A stretch of DNA of 36,374 nt from a virus. Lineage: Duplodnaviria; Heunggongvirae; Uroviricota; Caudoviricetes. This document shows positions 8,493-16,654 of the stretch, one piece after another (the stretch's first letter is position 1; the number at the start of each line of letters is the position of its first letter). The DNA lies in IMG/VR virus record IMGVR_UViG_2531839477_000014; one strand, written 5' to 3'. The position numbers were made by a program, and so were the translations under genes. The notes below the pieces were generated by a model, which had not been told where the DNA came from, did no database searches, and was given only the letters and a program-made list of their open reading frames with translations.

Positions 8493-9145
8493 TGAGTAAT
8501 AAATATTGCCAGGCGCTGGTGGAACTGCGGAACAAACCAGCCCATGAACTGAAGGAAGTGGGCGATCAGTGGCGCACGCCGGACAACATTTTCTGGGGAA
8601 TTAACACCCTGTTTGGCCCGTTTGTTCTGGATCTGTTCACTGACGGTGATAACGCCAAATGTGCTGCGTATTACACGGCGGAAGACAACGCGCTGGCGCA
8701 TGACTGGTCAGAACGCCTTGCGGAGCTTAAAGGTGCTGCCTTTGGTAATCCCCCATACAGCCGCGCCAGTCAGCATGAGGGGCAATACATCACCGGCATG
8801 CGTTACATCATGAAACATGCCAGTGCCATGCGTGATAAGGGCGGGCGCTATGTTTTCCTGATCAAAGCTGCCACCAGCGAAGTGTGGTGGCCGGAAGATG
8901 CGGACCATATTGCTTTTATTCGCGGGCGTATTGGTTTTGAACTGCCTGCCTGGTTTATCCCGAAGGATGAGAAGCAGGTGCCGACAGGCGCTTTCTTCGC
9001 TGGTGCTATTGCTGTTTTCGACAAGACCTGGAAGGGACCGGCAATCAGCTACATCGGGCGCGATGAACTTGAGGCATGTGGTGAAGCCTTTCTGGTGCAG
9101 GTTCGCCAGCAGGCGGAAAAACTGGTCAGGGAGATGGCGGCATGA
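8492..9145 (+). CDS. phage-type DNA N6-adenine methyltransferase (orphan, Dam-like)
   Basis: Catalytic motif GNPPY (NPPY motif IV of N6-adenine methyltransferases); no adjacent restriction endonuclease gene. Confidence 0.8.
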   Translation: MSNKYCQALVELRNKPAHELKEVGDQWRTPDNIFWGINTLFGPFVLDLFTDGDNAKCAAYYTAEDNALAHDWSERLAELKGAAFGNPPYSRASQHEGQYITGMRYIMKHASAMRDKGGRYVFLIKAATSEVWWPEDADHIAFIRGRIGFELPAWFIPKDEKQVPTGAFFAGAIAVFDKTWKGPAISYIGRDELEACGEAFLVQVRQQAEKLVREMAA

Positions 9146-9468
9146 CGACGTTAACTCAATGCCAGCAGCAGGTGCTGGATATGCTGATTTCTTACCAGAA
9201 AGAGCGTGGCTTTCCGCCAACCAATCAGGAGGTGGCAACCATGCTGGGATACCGTTCAGTGAATGCAGCGGTAGAGCATCTTCGTGCACTGGAGAAAAAA
9301 GGCGTCATCACGATAAAGCGTGGCGTGGCCCGGGGGATAACGCTTCATACCGCGGTGAAGGACGACGACAGCGAGGCGGTCGGGATTATCCGCGCACTGC
9401 TTGCCGGTGAGGAAAACGCCAGGCTGCGTGCAGCCCACTGGTTACATGAGAGGGAGCTGAAAGTATGA
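9142..9468 (+). CDS. LexA N-terminal-like DNA-binding domain protein (108 aa)
   Basis: MTTLTQCQQQVLDMLISYQKERGFPPTNQEVATMLGYRSVNAAVEHLRALEKKGVI resembles the LexA winged-helix DNA-binding domain with no peptidase domain; ATGA coupling to flanking genes. Confidence 0.55.
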   Translation: MTTLTQCQQQVLDMLISYQKERGFPPTNQEVATMLGYRSVNAAVEHLRALEKKGVITIKRGVARGITLHTAVKDDDSEAVGIIRALLAGEENARLRAAHWLHERELKV

Positions 9469-9854
9469 AGCTAATACTGCCTTTTCCGCCCAGCGTGAAC
9501 ACGTACTGGCGACACCCCAACAAAGGGACGTTTGCAGGTAAGAGCCTGATAAGCGCGGCGGGGCGCAAATTCCAGAGCGCGGCATGTGCAGCAATAGTTG
9601 AGCAGTTACGTCGTCTGCCAAAACCAACGTCGGCACCTGCTTCAGTGGAGATCGTGTTGTTTCCTCCGGATAACCGGATCCGCGATCTGGACAACTATAA
9701 CAAGGCGCTGTTTGACGCCCTGACCCACGCGGGTGTGTGGGAAGACGACAGCCAGGTGAAAAGAATGCTGGTGGAGTGGGGACCGGTTATCCCGGAAGGG
9801 AAGGTCGAGATCACTATCAGTAAGTACGAGAAAACGGCGGGTGCAGACGCCTGA
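9465..9854 (+). CDS. rusA: RusA-family Holliday junction resolvase
   Basis: Conserved RusA motifs: PPSVNTYWRH near the N-terminus and RDLDNYNKALFDALT. Confidence 0.85.
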   Translation: MKLILPFPPSVNTYWRHPNKGTFAGKSLISAAGRKFQSAACAAIVEQLRRLPKPTSAPASVEIVLFPPDNRIRDLDNYNKALFDALTHAGVWEDDSQVKRMLVEWGPVIPEGKVEITISKYEKTAGADA

Positions 9855-9873
9855 GCAAAAGGAGAAACGAAGT

Positions 9874-10683
9874 ATGAATAATCTGATGGTCATTGATGGT
9901 ATTGAAGTTCGTCGTGATGCTTATGGGCGTTACAGCCTGAACGATCTGCATCGCGCAGCAGTAGCATCTGGTGCAAATGCCAGAACCAAGGAGCCAGGAA
10001 AGTTTCTTTCCAGCCAACAAACTGTTGAACTTGTTCATGAATTGACCAACACCCAGAATTTGGGTGTTGACCCGGTGAGTGTGATTCATGGGGGAAATGA
10101 ACGGGGAACTTATGTCTGCAAGGAACTGGTGTATGCCTATGCAATGTGGATCAGCCCGTCATTCCATCTGAAGGTGATCCGTACTTTCGATATGGTAACC
10201 AGCGTACCGGAAAAATTATCCGGGCAGGCTGCTGACAAGATGCAGGCTGGAGTGATTCTGCTGGACTTTATGCGCAGGGAGTTAAACCTGTCTAACTCTT
10301 CAGTGCTTGGGGCCTGTCAGAAACTCCAGGAGGCTGTTGGCTTACCGAATCTGGCACCGCGCTATGCCATTGATGCTCCTGCTGACGCGCCTGATGGCTC
10401 AAGCCGCCCGACACTGTCGCTGAGTGCACTGCTGAAACAGTATGGTATCCGCCTTACGGCTAATCAGGCATATCACCAGATGGCGAAGCTGGGGATCGTC
10501 GAGCAGCGCGAACGATACAGCCGTACCGCGATTAACAACATCAAAAAATTCTGGTCGCTGACGGCGAAAGGCTGCATGTTCGGCAAGAACATCACCAGTC
10601 CCGCAAATCCGCGTGAGACGCAGCCGCATTTCTTCGAATCCCGATTCCCTGAGCTGTTAAAGTTGCTCGATACCGTTCATTGA
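9874..10683 (+). CDS. KilA-N domain protein (antirepressor-like)
   Basis: N-terminal MNNLMVIDGIEVRRDAYGRYSLNDLHRAA is typical of KilA-N domains; start at ATG 9874 with AAGGAG Shine-Dalgarno. Confidence 0.7.
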   Translation: MNNLMVIDGIEVRRDAYGRYSLNDLHRAAVASGANARTKEPGKFLSSQQTVELVHELTNTQNLGVDPVSVIHGGNERGTYVCKELVYAYAMWISPSFHLKVIRTFDMVTSVPEKLSGQAADKMQAGVILLDFMRRELNLSNSSVLGACQKLQEAVGLPNLAPRYAIDAPADAPDGSSRPTLSLSALLKQYGIRLTANQAYHQMAKLGIVEQRERYSRTAINNIKKFWSLTAKGCMFGKNITSPANPRETQPHFFESRFPELLKLLDTVH

Positions 10684-10684
10684 G

Positions 10685-11680
10685 GTGACCGTGAGAGCAC
10701 TACTGACCCCTGAAATAGCCCCGCGTATGGGGATCGTATTGTTCAGACCAGGTTCAGAGCTGATGCCCCTGTTTATGCAGGGGCGTGTACTGCTGGAGCC
10801 TGAGCCGGAACGTTATTCATCTTTCGCCAGTGGTGCCGTTCCCGCGGCATCACAACCGCTGGCGGATGATCCTGCTGTTCGGGCCGTGTTCCGCAATGAG
10901 GCAGTGATCCGTCGTGCTGGTGGCGTGGAATGTCTTGAAAGCTGGTTACTTCGTGAAAAAGGCTGCCAGTGGCCTCATTCCGACTGGCATAGCGAGAACA
11001 TGACCACAATGCGACACGCTCCGGGCGCAATCCGTCTGTGCTGGCACTGTGATAACCAGCTGCGCGATCAGTTCACGGAACGGCTGGAATCAATGGCAAC
11101 GGATAACTGTGCCCGCTGGGTGTTGTCTGTTGTGCGTCGGGATCTCGGTTTTGATGATAGTCACGTTGTGACAATGCCGGAACTGTGCTGGTGGCTGATT
11201 CGTAATGACCTGGCGGATGCCTTACCGGAAAGTGCAGCCCGTAAGGCACTGAGATTACCAAAGCCTGTTGTGCCGTCTGTCACCCGGGAAAGTGACCTTG
11301 TGCCTTCGGTTCCTGCCACCAGCATCATCCAGGATAAGGCGAAAAAGGTGCTGACGCTGAAAGTGGATCCGGAGTCGCCGGAGTCTTTTATGTTACGCCC
11401 AAAACGTCGCCGCTGGGTTAATGAAAAGTACACGCGCTGGGTTAAGACACAGCCGTGTGCATGTTGTGGAAAGCCTGCTGATGATCCCCACCACTTGATA
11501 GGCCACGGTCAGGGTGGGATGGGTACAAAAGCGCATGACCTCTTTGTGTTGCCTTTGTGCAGAAAGCATCACGACGAGCTGCATGCGGATACCGTGGCAT
11601 TTGAAGAGAAGTATGGCTCCCAGCTGGAGCTGATATTTCGTTTTATCGATCGTGCGCTGGCAATTGGCGTACTGGCGTAA
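10685..11680 (+). CDS. DUF968/YdfU-like nin-region protein with C-terminal HNH-like zinc motif (GTG start uncertain)
   Basis: C-terminal CACCGKPADDPHHLIGHG...LPLCRKHHDELH Cys/His cluster; family assignment from memory. Confidence 0.55.
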   Translation: MTVRALLTPEIAPRMGIVLFRPGSELMPLFMQGRVLLEPEPERYSSFASGAVPAASQPLADDPAVRAVFRNEAVIRRAGGVECLESWLLREKGCQWPHSDWHSENMTTMRHAPGAIRLCWHCDNQLRDQFTERLESMATDNCARWVLSVVRRDLGFDDSHVVTMPELCWWLIRNDLADALPESAARKALRLPKPVVPSVTRESDLVPSVPATSIIQDKAKKVLTLKVDPESPESFMLRPKRRRWVNEKYTRWVKTQPCACCGKPADDPHHLIGHGQGGMGTKAHDLFVLPLCRKHHDELHADTVAFEEKYGSQLELIFRFIDRALAIGVLA

Positions 11681-11693
11681 GTGGAGAACGAGC

Positions 11694-12446
11694 ATGAACC
11701 TTGAAGCCTTACCAAAATATTACTCCCCAAAATCTCCAAAATTGAGTGATGACGCACCGGCGACAGGCTCGGGTGGTTTAACAATTACAGATGTGATGGC
11801 TGCGCAGGGGATGGTGCAGTCGAAAGCACCGCTTGGGTTTGCCTTATTCCTGGCAAAAGTTGGTGTTCAGGATCCTCAGTTTGCGATTGAAGGTCTGCTC
11901 AATTACGCGATGGCACTGGATAACCCGACATTGAACAAATTGAGTGAAGAAACCCGGCTACAGATCATTCCTTACCTTGTGAATTTTGCCTTTGCTGATT
12001 ATTCCAGGTCTGCGGCAAGTAAGGCTCGCTGTGAGCATTGTGCTGGTACTGGATTTCATAATGTATTGCGCGAAGTGGTGAAACACTCCAGAAGCGGGGA
12101 GTCTGTTATCAAGGAAGAGTGGGTGAAGGAACTATGTCAGCATTGTCATGGTAAGGGAGAAGTCAGCACAGCGTGCAGAGGGTGTAAGGGTAAAGGTATT
12201 GTCCTGGATGAAAAAAGAACCCGGCTTCATGGCACGCCTGTTTATAAGATTTGTGGGCGTTGCAATGGAAACCGGTTTAGCCGTTTACCAACCACACTGG
12301 CGCGGCTTCATGTCCAGAAGCTGGTACCAGACCTGACGGATTATCAGTGGTACAAAGGATATGCAGATGTCATTGATAAACTGGTTACAAAGTGCTGGCA
12401 GGAGGAAGCTTACGCTGAAGCACAATTGAGAAGGGTGACGAGATAA
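11694..12446 (+). CDS. late-gene antiterminator, Q-like (250 aa)
   Basis: Cys/His-rich segments (CEHCAGTGFH, CQHCHGKGEVSTACRGCKGKG, CGRCNGNRF); last gene before a promoter-hairpin-terminator arrangement and the lysis genes; start at ATG 11694 with GTGGAG Shine-Dalgarno. Confidence 0.65.
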   Translation: MNLEALPKYYSPKSPKLSDDAPATGSGGLTITDVMAAQGMVQSKAPLGFALFLAKVGVQDPQFAIEGLLNYAMALDNPTLNKLSEETRLQIIPYLVNFAFADYSRSAASKARCEHCAGTGFHNVLREVVKHSRSGESVIKEEWVKELCQHCHGKGEVSTACRGCKGKGIVLDEKRTRLHGTPVYKICGRCNGNRFSRLPTTLARLHVQKLVPDLTDYQWYKGYADVIDKLVTKCWQEEAYAEAQLRRVTR

Positions 12447-12477
12447 GCGATTTTCGCCGAAGATAACGACATAATGC

Positions 12478-12506
12478 TTGTGTTTCTCAAAAAATATGGA
12501 TAAGAT
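12478..12506 (+). promoter_or_regulatory. candidate late promoter (PR'-like)
   Basis: -35 TTGTGT (12478-12483), 17-bp spacer, -10 TAAGAT (12501-12506); followed by hairpin TCAACGAT-N15-ATCGTTGA (12511-12541). Confidence 0.4.
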
Positions 12507-12552
12507 TTTCTCAACGATGGGGCTTGTGTATCTATCGTTGAACGATTTTTAC

Positions 12553-12578
12553 GACCTCGCTATTGCGAGGTTTTTTTA
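12553..12578 (+). terminator. intrinsic terminator (tR'-like) downstream of the Q-dependent late promoter
   Basis: Stem ACCTCGC / GCGAGGT with loop TATT, followed by a run of seven T. Confidence 0.75.
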
Positions 12579-12613
12579 TGGTTTTTTCTATTCAATCTAC
12601 ATCAAAATCAATG

Positions 12614-12622
12614 TGTTATAAT
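12614..12622 (+). promoter_or_regulatory. extended -10 promoter element (TGnTATAAT) for the first moron gene
   Basis: TGTTATAAT about 38 nt upstream of ATG 12660; strong AAACAGGAGAA Shine-Dalgarno follows. Confidence 0.5.
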
Positions 12623-12659
12623 GTTTTCTGTAAAACAACATTAAAAACAGGAGAACATT

Positions 12660-12929
12660 ATGAAACTGACCTCTATCCATCTTGAAATACTACGTCGAGT
12701 GAATGAATTGCAGCCAAAGGATTCTAGAATTCAGGCTGCATCATTACCTCATCTCTCAGCAAAAGAGGTTAATTTTGCTATTTCAGATCTTGCTGATATA
12801 GGTTTTATCGATGTTATACGAAGCAAATCTGCCGAAGGTGGATTGATTGCTAATGAGATAACGTCAAAAGGTTTTGCTTTTTTGAGTGAGATTGGCGCTG
12901 AAAAAAATTCATCGATGAGCACTCATTGA
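12660..12929 (+). CDS. hypothetical small protein, possible winged-helix DNA binder (89 aa), AT-rich moron gene
   Basis: Strong RBS; segment HLEILRRVNELQP...GLIANEITSKGFAFL resembles a recognition-helix and wing pattern; atypically AT-rich by eye. Confidence 0.6.
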   Translation: MKLTSIHLEILRRVNELQPKDSRIQAASLPHLSAKEVNFAISDLADIGFIDVIRSKSAEGGLIANEITSKGFAFLSEIGAEKNSSMSTH

Positions 12930-13126
12930 TTTCTGCTTCAATCGGCTGCCAATTGGCAGCCTAAACTGTAAAGTGAATTTAAAATCGCCTACAATTGATG
13001 CTTAAATTTTGTTCTGTATCATCTGCAGGTTTAGGGATATCACAGTAGCTTTCTGACAAGAAGAGTTCTTTTCTTCTACCAATGAAGTGGTTATGTTAAC
13101 CTGCGCTAAATCGAGACTGGTGCGGA

Positions 13127-13933
13127 GTGGAATCGAAAGTGTCATATTTTTACAGAAGCAAGAATATTTCAGGTGTTTCTATAAATGAAGATAGCTTGAT
13201 TAGCTTAAGCACGGCAATTGTCGAACGCTGCGTTAAAATGAATGAGCAAGCTCAAAAGGAAAGTAGGGAAGTTTGTGCTCAATGTGTTTTTTTTATTTTG
13301 TTCGATGGTAAGGGATATAAAGTTGATTCTATCGGTGAGCTTGTGAAATACTTTAGACAGGCCACTAGGATTGATCAAATAATTTTTACTATTGAAACTT
13401 ATCAAAGTCGACAGTCTAACAGGATGAATGGATCTTGGATGGAGCTACGAATTGATGAGAGGAATTCAAATAGCAGCACAATGATTGTAGCATCGGAAGA
13501 TAATGAGTGGGTTGACTCGTTATGGATTACGATTCAGGATTTACTTAACAAGTGCAAAAATAAATTTAGATTTTTTAGAACAGCTTGGACTATGTTAAGT
13601 ATCCAGATTTCAGGTGTGACAGTTGGCTTTTTGCTTAGCTTATGGACAGCCTCAAAACTGGCGCCAAAACTATCAATCGATGGTGCATTTGCTTTATCAT
13701 TTATTTGTATCTTTATTTTGTTTTCGAACTTATGGAGCTTTGCTATTCCATTAATAATTAAGCTTATCGACTTTTTGTTTCCTAGTGTTAAGTTTGTTAT
13801 TAATGGTAAAAATTACTTTCACTGGAGTGTCCAGGCTATAATTGGAGCGATTGCCAGTGCGGTTATATTATATTTTATTAGCTCCATGTTGCTTTTTGCA
13901 TTAGAAATGTTAAATAGCATCATTAAGAAATAG
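13127..13933 (+). CDS. hypothetical membrane protein: ~150-aa N-terminal soluble domain + three predicted C-terminal TM helices (start may be GTG 13139)
   Basis: Long ORF in an AT-rich segment; hydrophobic stretches TAWTMLSIQISGVTVGFLLSLW, FALSFICIFILFSNLWSFAIPLII, AIIGAIASAVILYFISSMLLFAL; followed by an intrinsic terminator. Confidence 0.6.
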   Translation: MESKVSYFYRSKNISGVSINEDSLISLSTAIVERCVKMNEQAQKESREVCAQCVFFILFDGKGYKVDSIGELVKYFRQATRIDQIIFTIETYQSRQSNRMNGSWMELRIDERNSNSSTMIVASEDNEWVDSLWITIQDLLNKCKNKFRFFRTAWTMLSIQISGVTVGFLLSLWTASKLAPKLSIDGAFALSFICIFILFSNLWSFAIPLIIKLIDFLFPSVKFVINGKNYFHWSVQAIIGAIASAVILYFISSMLLFALEMLNSIIKK

Positions 13934-13966
13934 TTAATGAATTAGTTATAATTACATCAATTCTAT

Positions 13967-13990
13967 GGCTGCCAAATGGTGGCCTTTTTT
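13967..13990 (+). terminator. intrinsic terminator after the membrane-protein moron gene
   Basis: GGCTGCCAAATGGTGGCC hairpin (with G-U pairs) followed by TTTTTT; shares the GGCTGCCAA arm with the palindrome at 12944-12961. Confidence 0.5.
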
Positions 13991-14041
13991 ATTCCTCTCA
14001 TTTCTATTTCTGAGAGGACTCACTGCAATAAGAGGTGGCTA

Positions 14042-14428
14042 ATGTCCGATCCGATTTCCGGCACAGGGTTAGCTGGTGGAGCCCTAACGGGCGCTAGTAT
14101 TTATGGACTGCTGACCGGAACTGATTACGGCGTTGTATTTGGCGCATTTGCAGGGGCTGTATTCTATATAGCAACAGCAGCAGATCTGAGTGCATCGCGT
14201 CGACTGGCATATTTTATCGTGTCATATATTGCTGGGATCCTTTGCTCTGGGTTGGTTGGCTCCAAGCTGGCAAACTTGACCGGATACAGTGATAAACCTC
14301 TGGATGCTATTGGTGCCGTAATCGTCTCTGCTTTAGCCGTTAAAATCCTGACGTTCCTGAATAATCAGGATATCGGCTCGCTGGTGGCGCTCATAACGCG
14401 CCGGGGAGGTTCAGGTGGAGCTAAATGA
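14042..14428 (+). CDS. holin-like membrane protein (128 aa)
   Basis: ATG 14042 with GAGGTGG Shine-Dalgarno; Gly/Ala-rich hydrophobic helices; first gene of the lysis cassette. Confidence 0.55.
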   Translation: MSDPISGTGLAGGALTGASIYGLLTGTDYGVVFGAFAGAVFYIATAADLSASRRLAYFIVSYIAGILCSGLVGSKLANLTGYSDKPLDAIGAVIVSALAVKILTFLNNQDIGSLVALITRRGGSGGAK

Positions 14429-14696
14429 CCCGACAGCAACTATTAATGCGCTGTTATGTGCTTGTGTTGTTATTACTCTGATGTTTTATCGTCGTGGTGA
14501 TTCGCGGCATCGTCCTTGGGTTTCACGTTTAGCCTGGCTGATTACTGTTACATACAGTGCTGTTCCGTTGGCCTATCTCTGTGGGATTTATCCTCACTCC
14601 TCATGGCTCATTATCGTGGCGAATACTATTTTTCTTTCCGTGCTGGTGGCCGTCAGAGGCAACGTTGCACGTTTGGTTGATCATCTGAGGCACTAA
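14415..14696 (+). CDS. second small lysis-cassette membrane protein (holin or antiholin-like, 93 aa)
   Basis: GTG start after GGGGAGGT; three hydrophobic segments; stop overlaps endolysin start (TAATG). Confidence 0.5.
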   Translation: MELNDPTATINALLCACVVITLMFYRRGDSRHRPWVSRLAWLITVTYSAVPLAYLCGIYPHSSWLIIVANTIFLSVLVAVRGNVARLVDHLRH

Positions 14697-15310
14697 TGAA
14701 CCAACAATTATTTCAAAAGGCGGCTGGTATTAGTGCCGGGCTGGCTGCGCGCTGGTTTCCGCACATTGATGCGGCGATGAAGGAATTCGGCATTACAGTA
14801 CCCGCGGATCAGGCAATGTTTATCGCTCAGGTAGGCCATGAGTCGATGGGGTTTAGCGCCGTAGTTGAAAATTTTAACTACACACCATCTGCGCTGGTGG
14901 CGACGTTCGGAAAGAGGATCACACAGCAGCAGGCTGATGCCCTTGGCAGAACATCCGGACATGCAGCTCGTCAGGATGCTATTGCCAATCTGGTGTATAG
15001 CAACCGACTGGGTAACAAAGCCCCCGGTGATGGCTGGAAATATCGTGGTAGAGGATTAATTCAAATCACTGGCCTCCATAATTATCGCATCTGTGGTGCG
15101 GCGCTGAAGTTAGATCTGGTGACTTCACCTGAACAACTGGAACAGGAGCTACAGGCGGCGCGCTCAGCTGCATGGTTCTACACCTCTAAAGGCTGCATGA
15201 TCTACGGTGCCGATATTAACCGTGTTACGCGCATCATTAACGGCGGTCTGAACGGTATTGAGGATCGTAAGGTCCGATACAACAAGGCGCGGGCGGCGCT
15301 GCTGGTATGA
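14696..15310 (+). CDS. endolysin, glycoside hydrolase family 19 (chitinase-like) type
   Basis: Fold-typical segments FIAQVGHESMGF and GRGLIQITGLHNY; positioned between holins and spanins. Confidence 0.8.
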   Translation: MNQQLFQKAAGISAGLAARWFPHIDAAMKEFGITVPADQAMFIAQVGHESMGFSAVVENFNYTPSALVATFGKRITQQQADALGRTSGHAARQDAIANLVYSNRLGNKAPGDGWKYRGRGLIQITGLHNYRICGAALKLDLVTSPEQLEQELQAARSAAWFYTSKGCMIYGADINRVTRIINGGLNGIEDRKVRYNKARAALLV

Positions 15311-15699
15311 AGATGAGTTATTGGGCGCTCATTTTAACGTTTATTGCTTGTGTTGCTGGTGGTCTTGTCTGGTCAGCGAATCACTATCATGGAAAGTTTC
15401 TGGAGGAGCAGAAGCGTGCTGACGCTGCGGAACAGAGAGCTGATTCTACTGAGGCTATCACCGCGAATGTTCTGCGTACTATGGCAATAACGAACATCAT
15501 TCAGGAGGCGAATCAACATGCAAAACAGCAGATCGCACTGGAGTCACAGAGAACCCAGGAATATATCAAAGTGGCTGTTGCGAGTGATGATTGCGCTTCA
15601 CGTCCTGTGCCTGCTACCGCTGCTGACCGGTTGCGGAAGTACGCGGACAGTTTACGTGAACATTCCGGCGGCACCACTGCCAGCCAGCCTGACTTCTGA
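15307..15699 (+). CDS. Rz-like inner-membrane spanin (i-spanin)
   Basis: N-terminal TM helix (YWALILTFIACVAGGLVW) followed by a charged helical periplasmic domain; ATGA overlap with endolysin stop. Confidence 0.7.
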   Translation: MKMSYWALILTFIACVAGGLVWSANHYHGKFLEEQKRADAAEQRADSTEAITANVLRTMAITNIIQEANQHAKQQIALESQRTQEYIKVAVASDDCASRPVPATAADRLRKYADSLREHSGGTTASQPDF

Positions 15700-15865
15700 A
15701 ACACCGATTCCAATTATACCCAGTTCACTGACATATGGTGCTAGTCTGGAGTTGAATGTGGCTCTGTTGTCAGCGTTAGGACAATGTAATTTTGATAAAA
15801 CCGGAATCAGAAATATTGAATCACGGCGCGCTATTTTGCATTCAAAGTATAAATATCCAGAGTGA
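15587..15865 (+). CDS. Rz1-like outer-membrane lipoprotein spanin (o-spanin), alternate frame overlapping Rz
   Basis: Lipobox LLTGC in MIALHVLCLLPLLTGCGS; Pro-rich mature region; begins inside Rz in another frame and extends past the Rz stop. Confidence 0.6.
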   Translation: MIALHVLCLLPLLTGCGSTRTVYVNIPAAPLPASLTSETPIPIIPSSLTYGASLELNVALLSALGQCNFDKTGIRNIESRRAILHSKYKYPE

Positions 15866-16198
15866 TGTTATTTATTATAAAGATATGATGCATAAAGTTT
15901 AGGTGCTCCAGCTTCTATAGTGTAATGTAAAAGCTTACATAAAGTATGTCATCACATAGAATATGTATCGTGATTAATTATTAGCCCAACCTTTTGGGCT
16001 AGTATGAGAGAGGAAGTTAATACAAATCGTTTGTTGATGATTAAAAATGTGCATAGCAGAGTTAGTTATCAGTTGGTTCATTACGTATCATTTTTGTGCG
16101 GATTATCGATGGTACAACTGGTAGGGCATCTAATCTTTAGATAGTGCCTGTGGTGCTTAGTTACGATAAAATAACCTTTTCATTAAGTGGAGGTTATT

Positions 16199-16654
16199 AT
16201 GTGGCATACATTACTTAACTGGCATTCGGGAACAGAGTGGTCTGCTGTATCGGCTTTAGGTTCAGTTGTATCGGCTTTAGGTTCAATTTTAACTGTTATA
16301 TTAGGTTTTTGGGCAATGAATGTTTGGCGGCGACAGGAGGCTCTGAAGGCCAAAATGGCTCTGAAAATGGCAGTGGCTGATTATTCAAATGCATTATCAC
16401 AGCTACCTTTATCTCTTAGTCGTAATGTTCGTATTGAAAAAAGAGCCGAGCTACGAGAGTTAAGCCATAAATTAAATGCTATTAATAATGCTTTTTTGAT
16501 ATGCGAGCATATGTTGGAAAAATACCCAAGTGTAAACAGCGGTTGTCGTTCTTTATCTGTTGCCCACAAAGAATATATTAGAATGAGAGATAATAGCATT
16601 CAGGCGAAATGTATTTGTCATAATATTCTTTCAGAACCGTTTGTATTCAAATGA
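16199..16654 (+). CDS. hypothetical membrane-anchored protein (151 aa), AT-rich moron gene
   Basis: ATG 16199 with GTGGAGG Shine-Dalgarno; N-terminal TM helix (SAVSALGSVVSALGSILTVILGFWAMNVW) then helical soluble domain; preceded by ~330 bp AT-rich non-coding DNA. Confidence 0.6.
   Translation: MWHTLLNWHSGTEWSAVSALGSVVSALGSILTVILGFWAMNVWRRQEALKAKMALKMAVADYSNALSQLPLSLSRNVRIEKRAELRELSHKLNAINNAFLICEHMLEKYPSVNSGCRSLSVAHKEYIRMRDNSIQAKCICHNILSEPFVFK

Noticed and set aside
13976-14041. Upstream ATG at 13976 as the holin start (ORF-track 13976..14428)
   Set aside because: That ATG lies inside the terminator hairpin of the preceding gene and has no Shine-Dalgarno; ATG 14042 with GAGGTGG is preferred.
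14425-14481. ATG at 14425 overlapping the holin stop as the start of the second lysis-membrane gene
   Set aside because: Out of frame with the long ORF; gives only an 18-codon peptide. The in-frame GTG at 14415 after GGGGAGGT is used.
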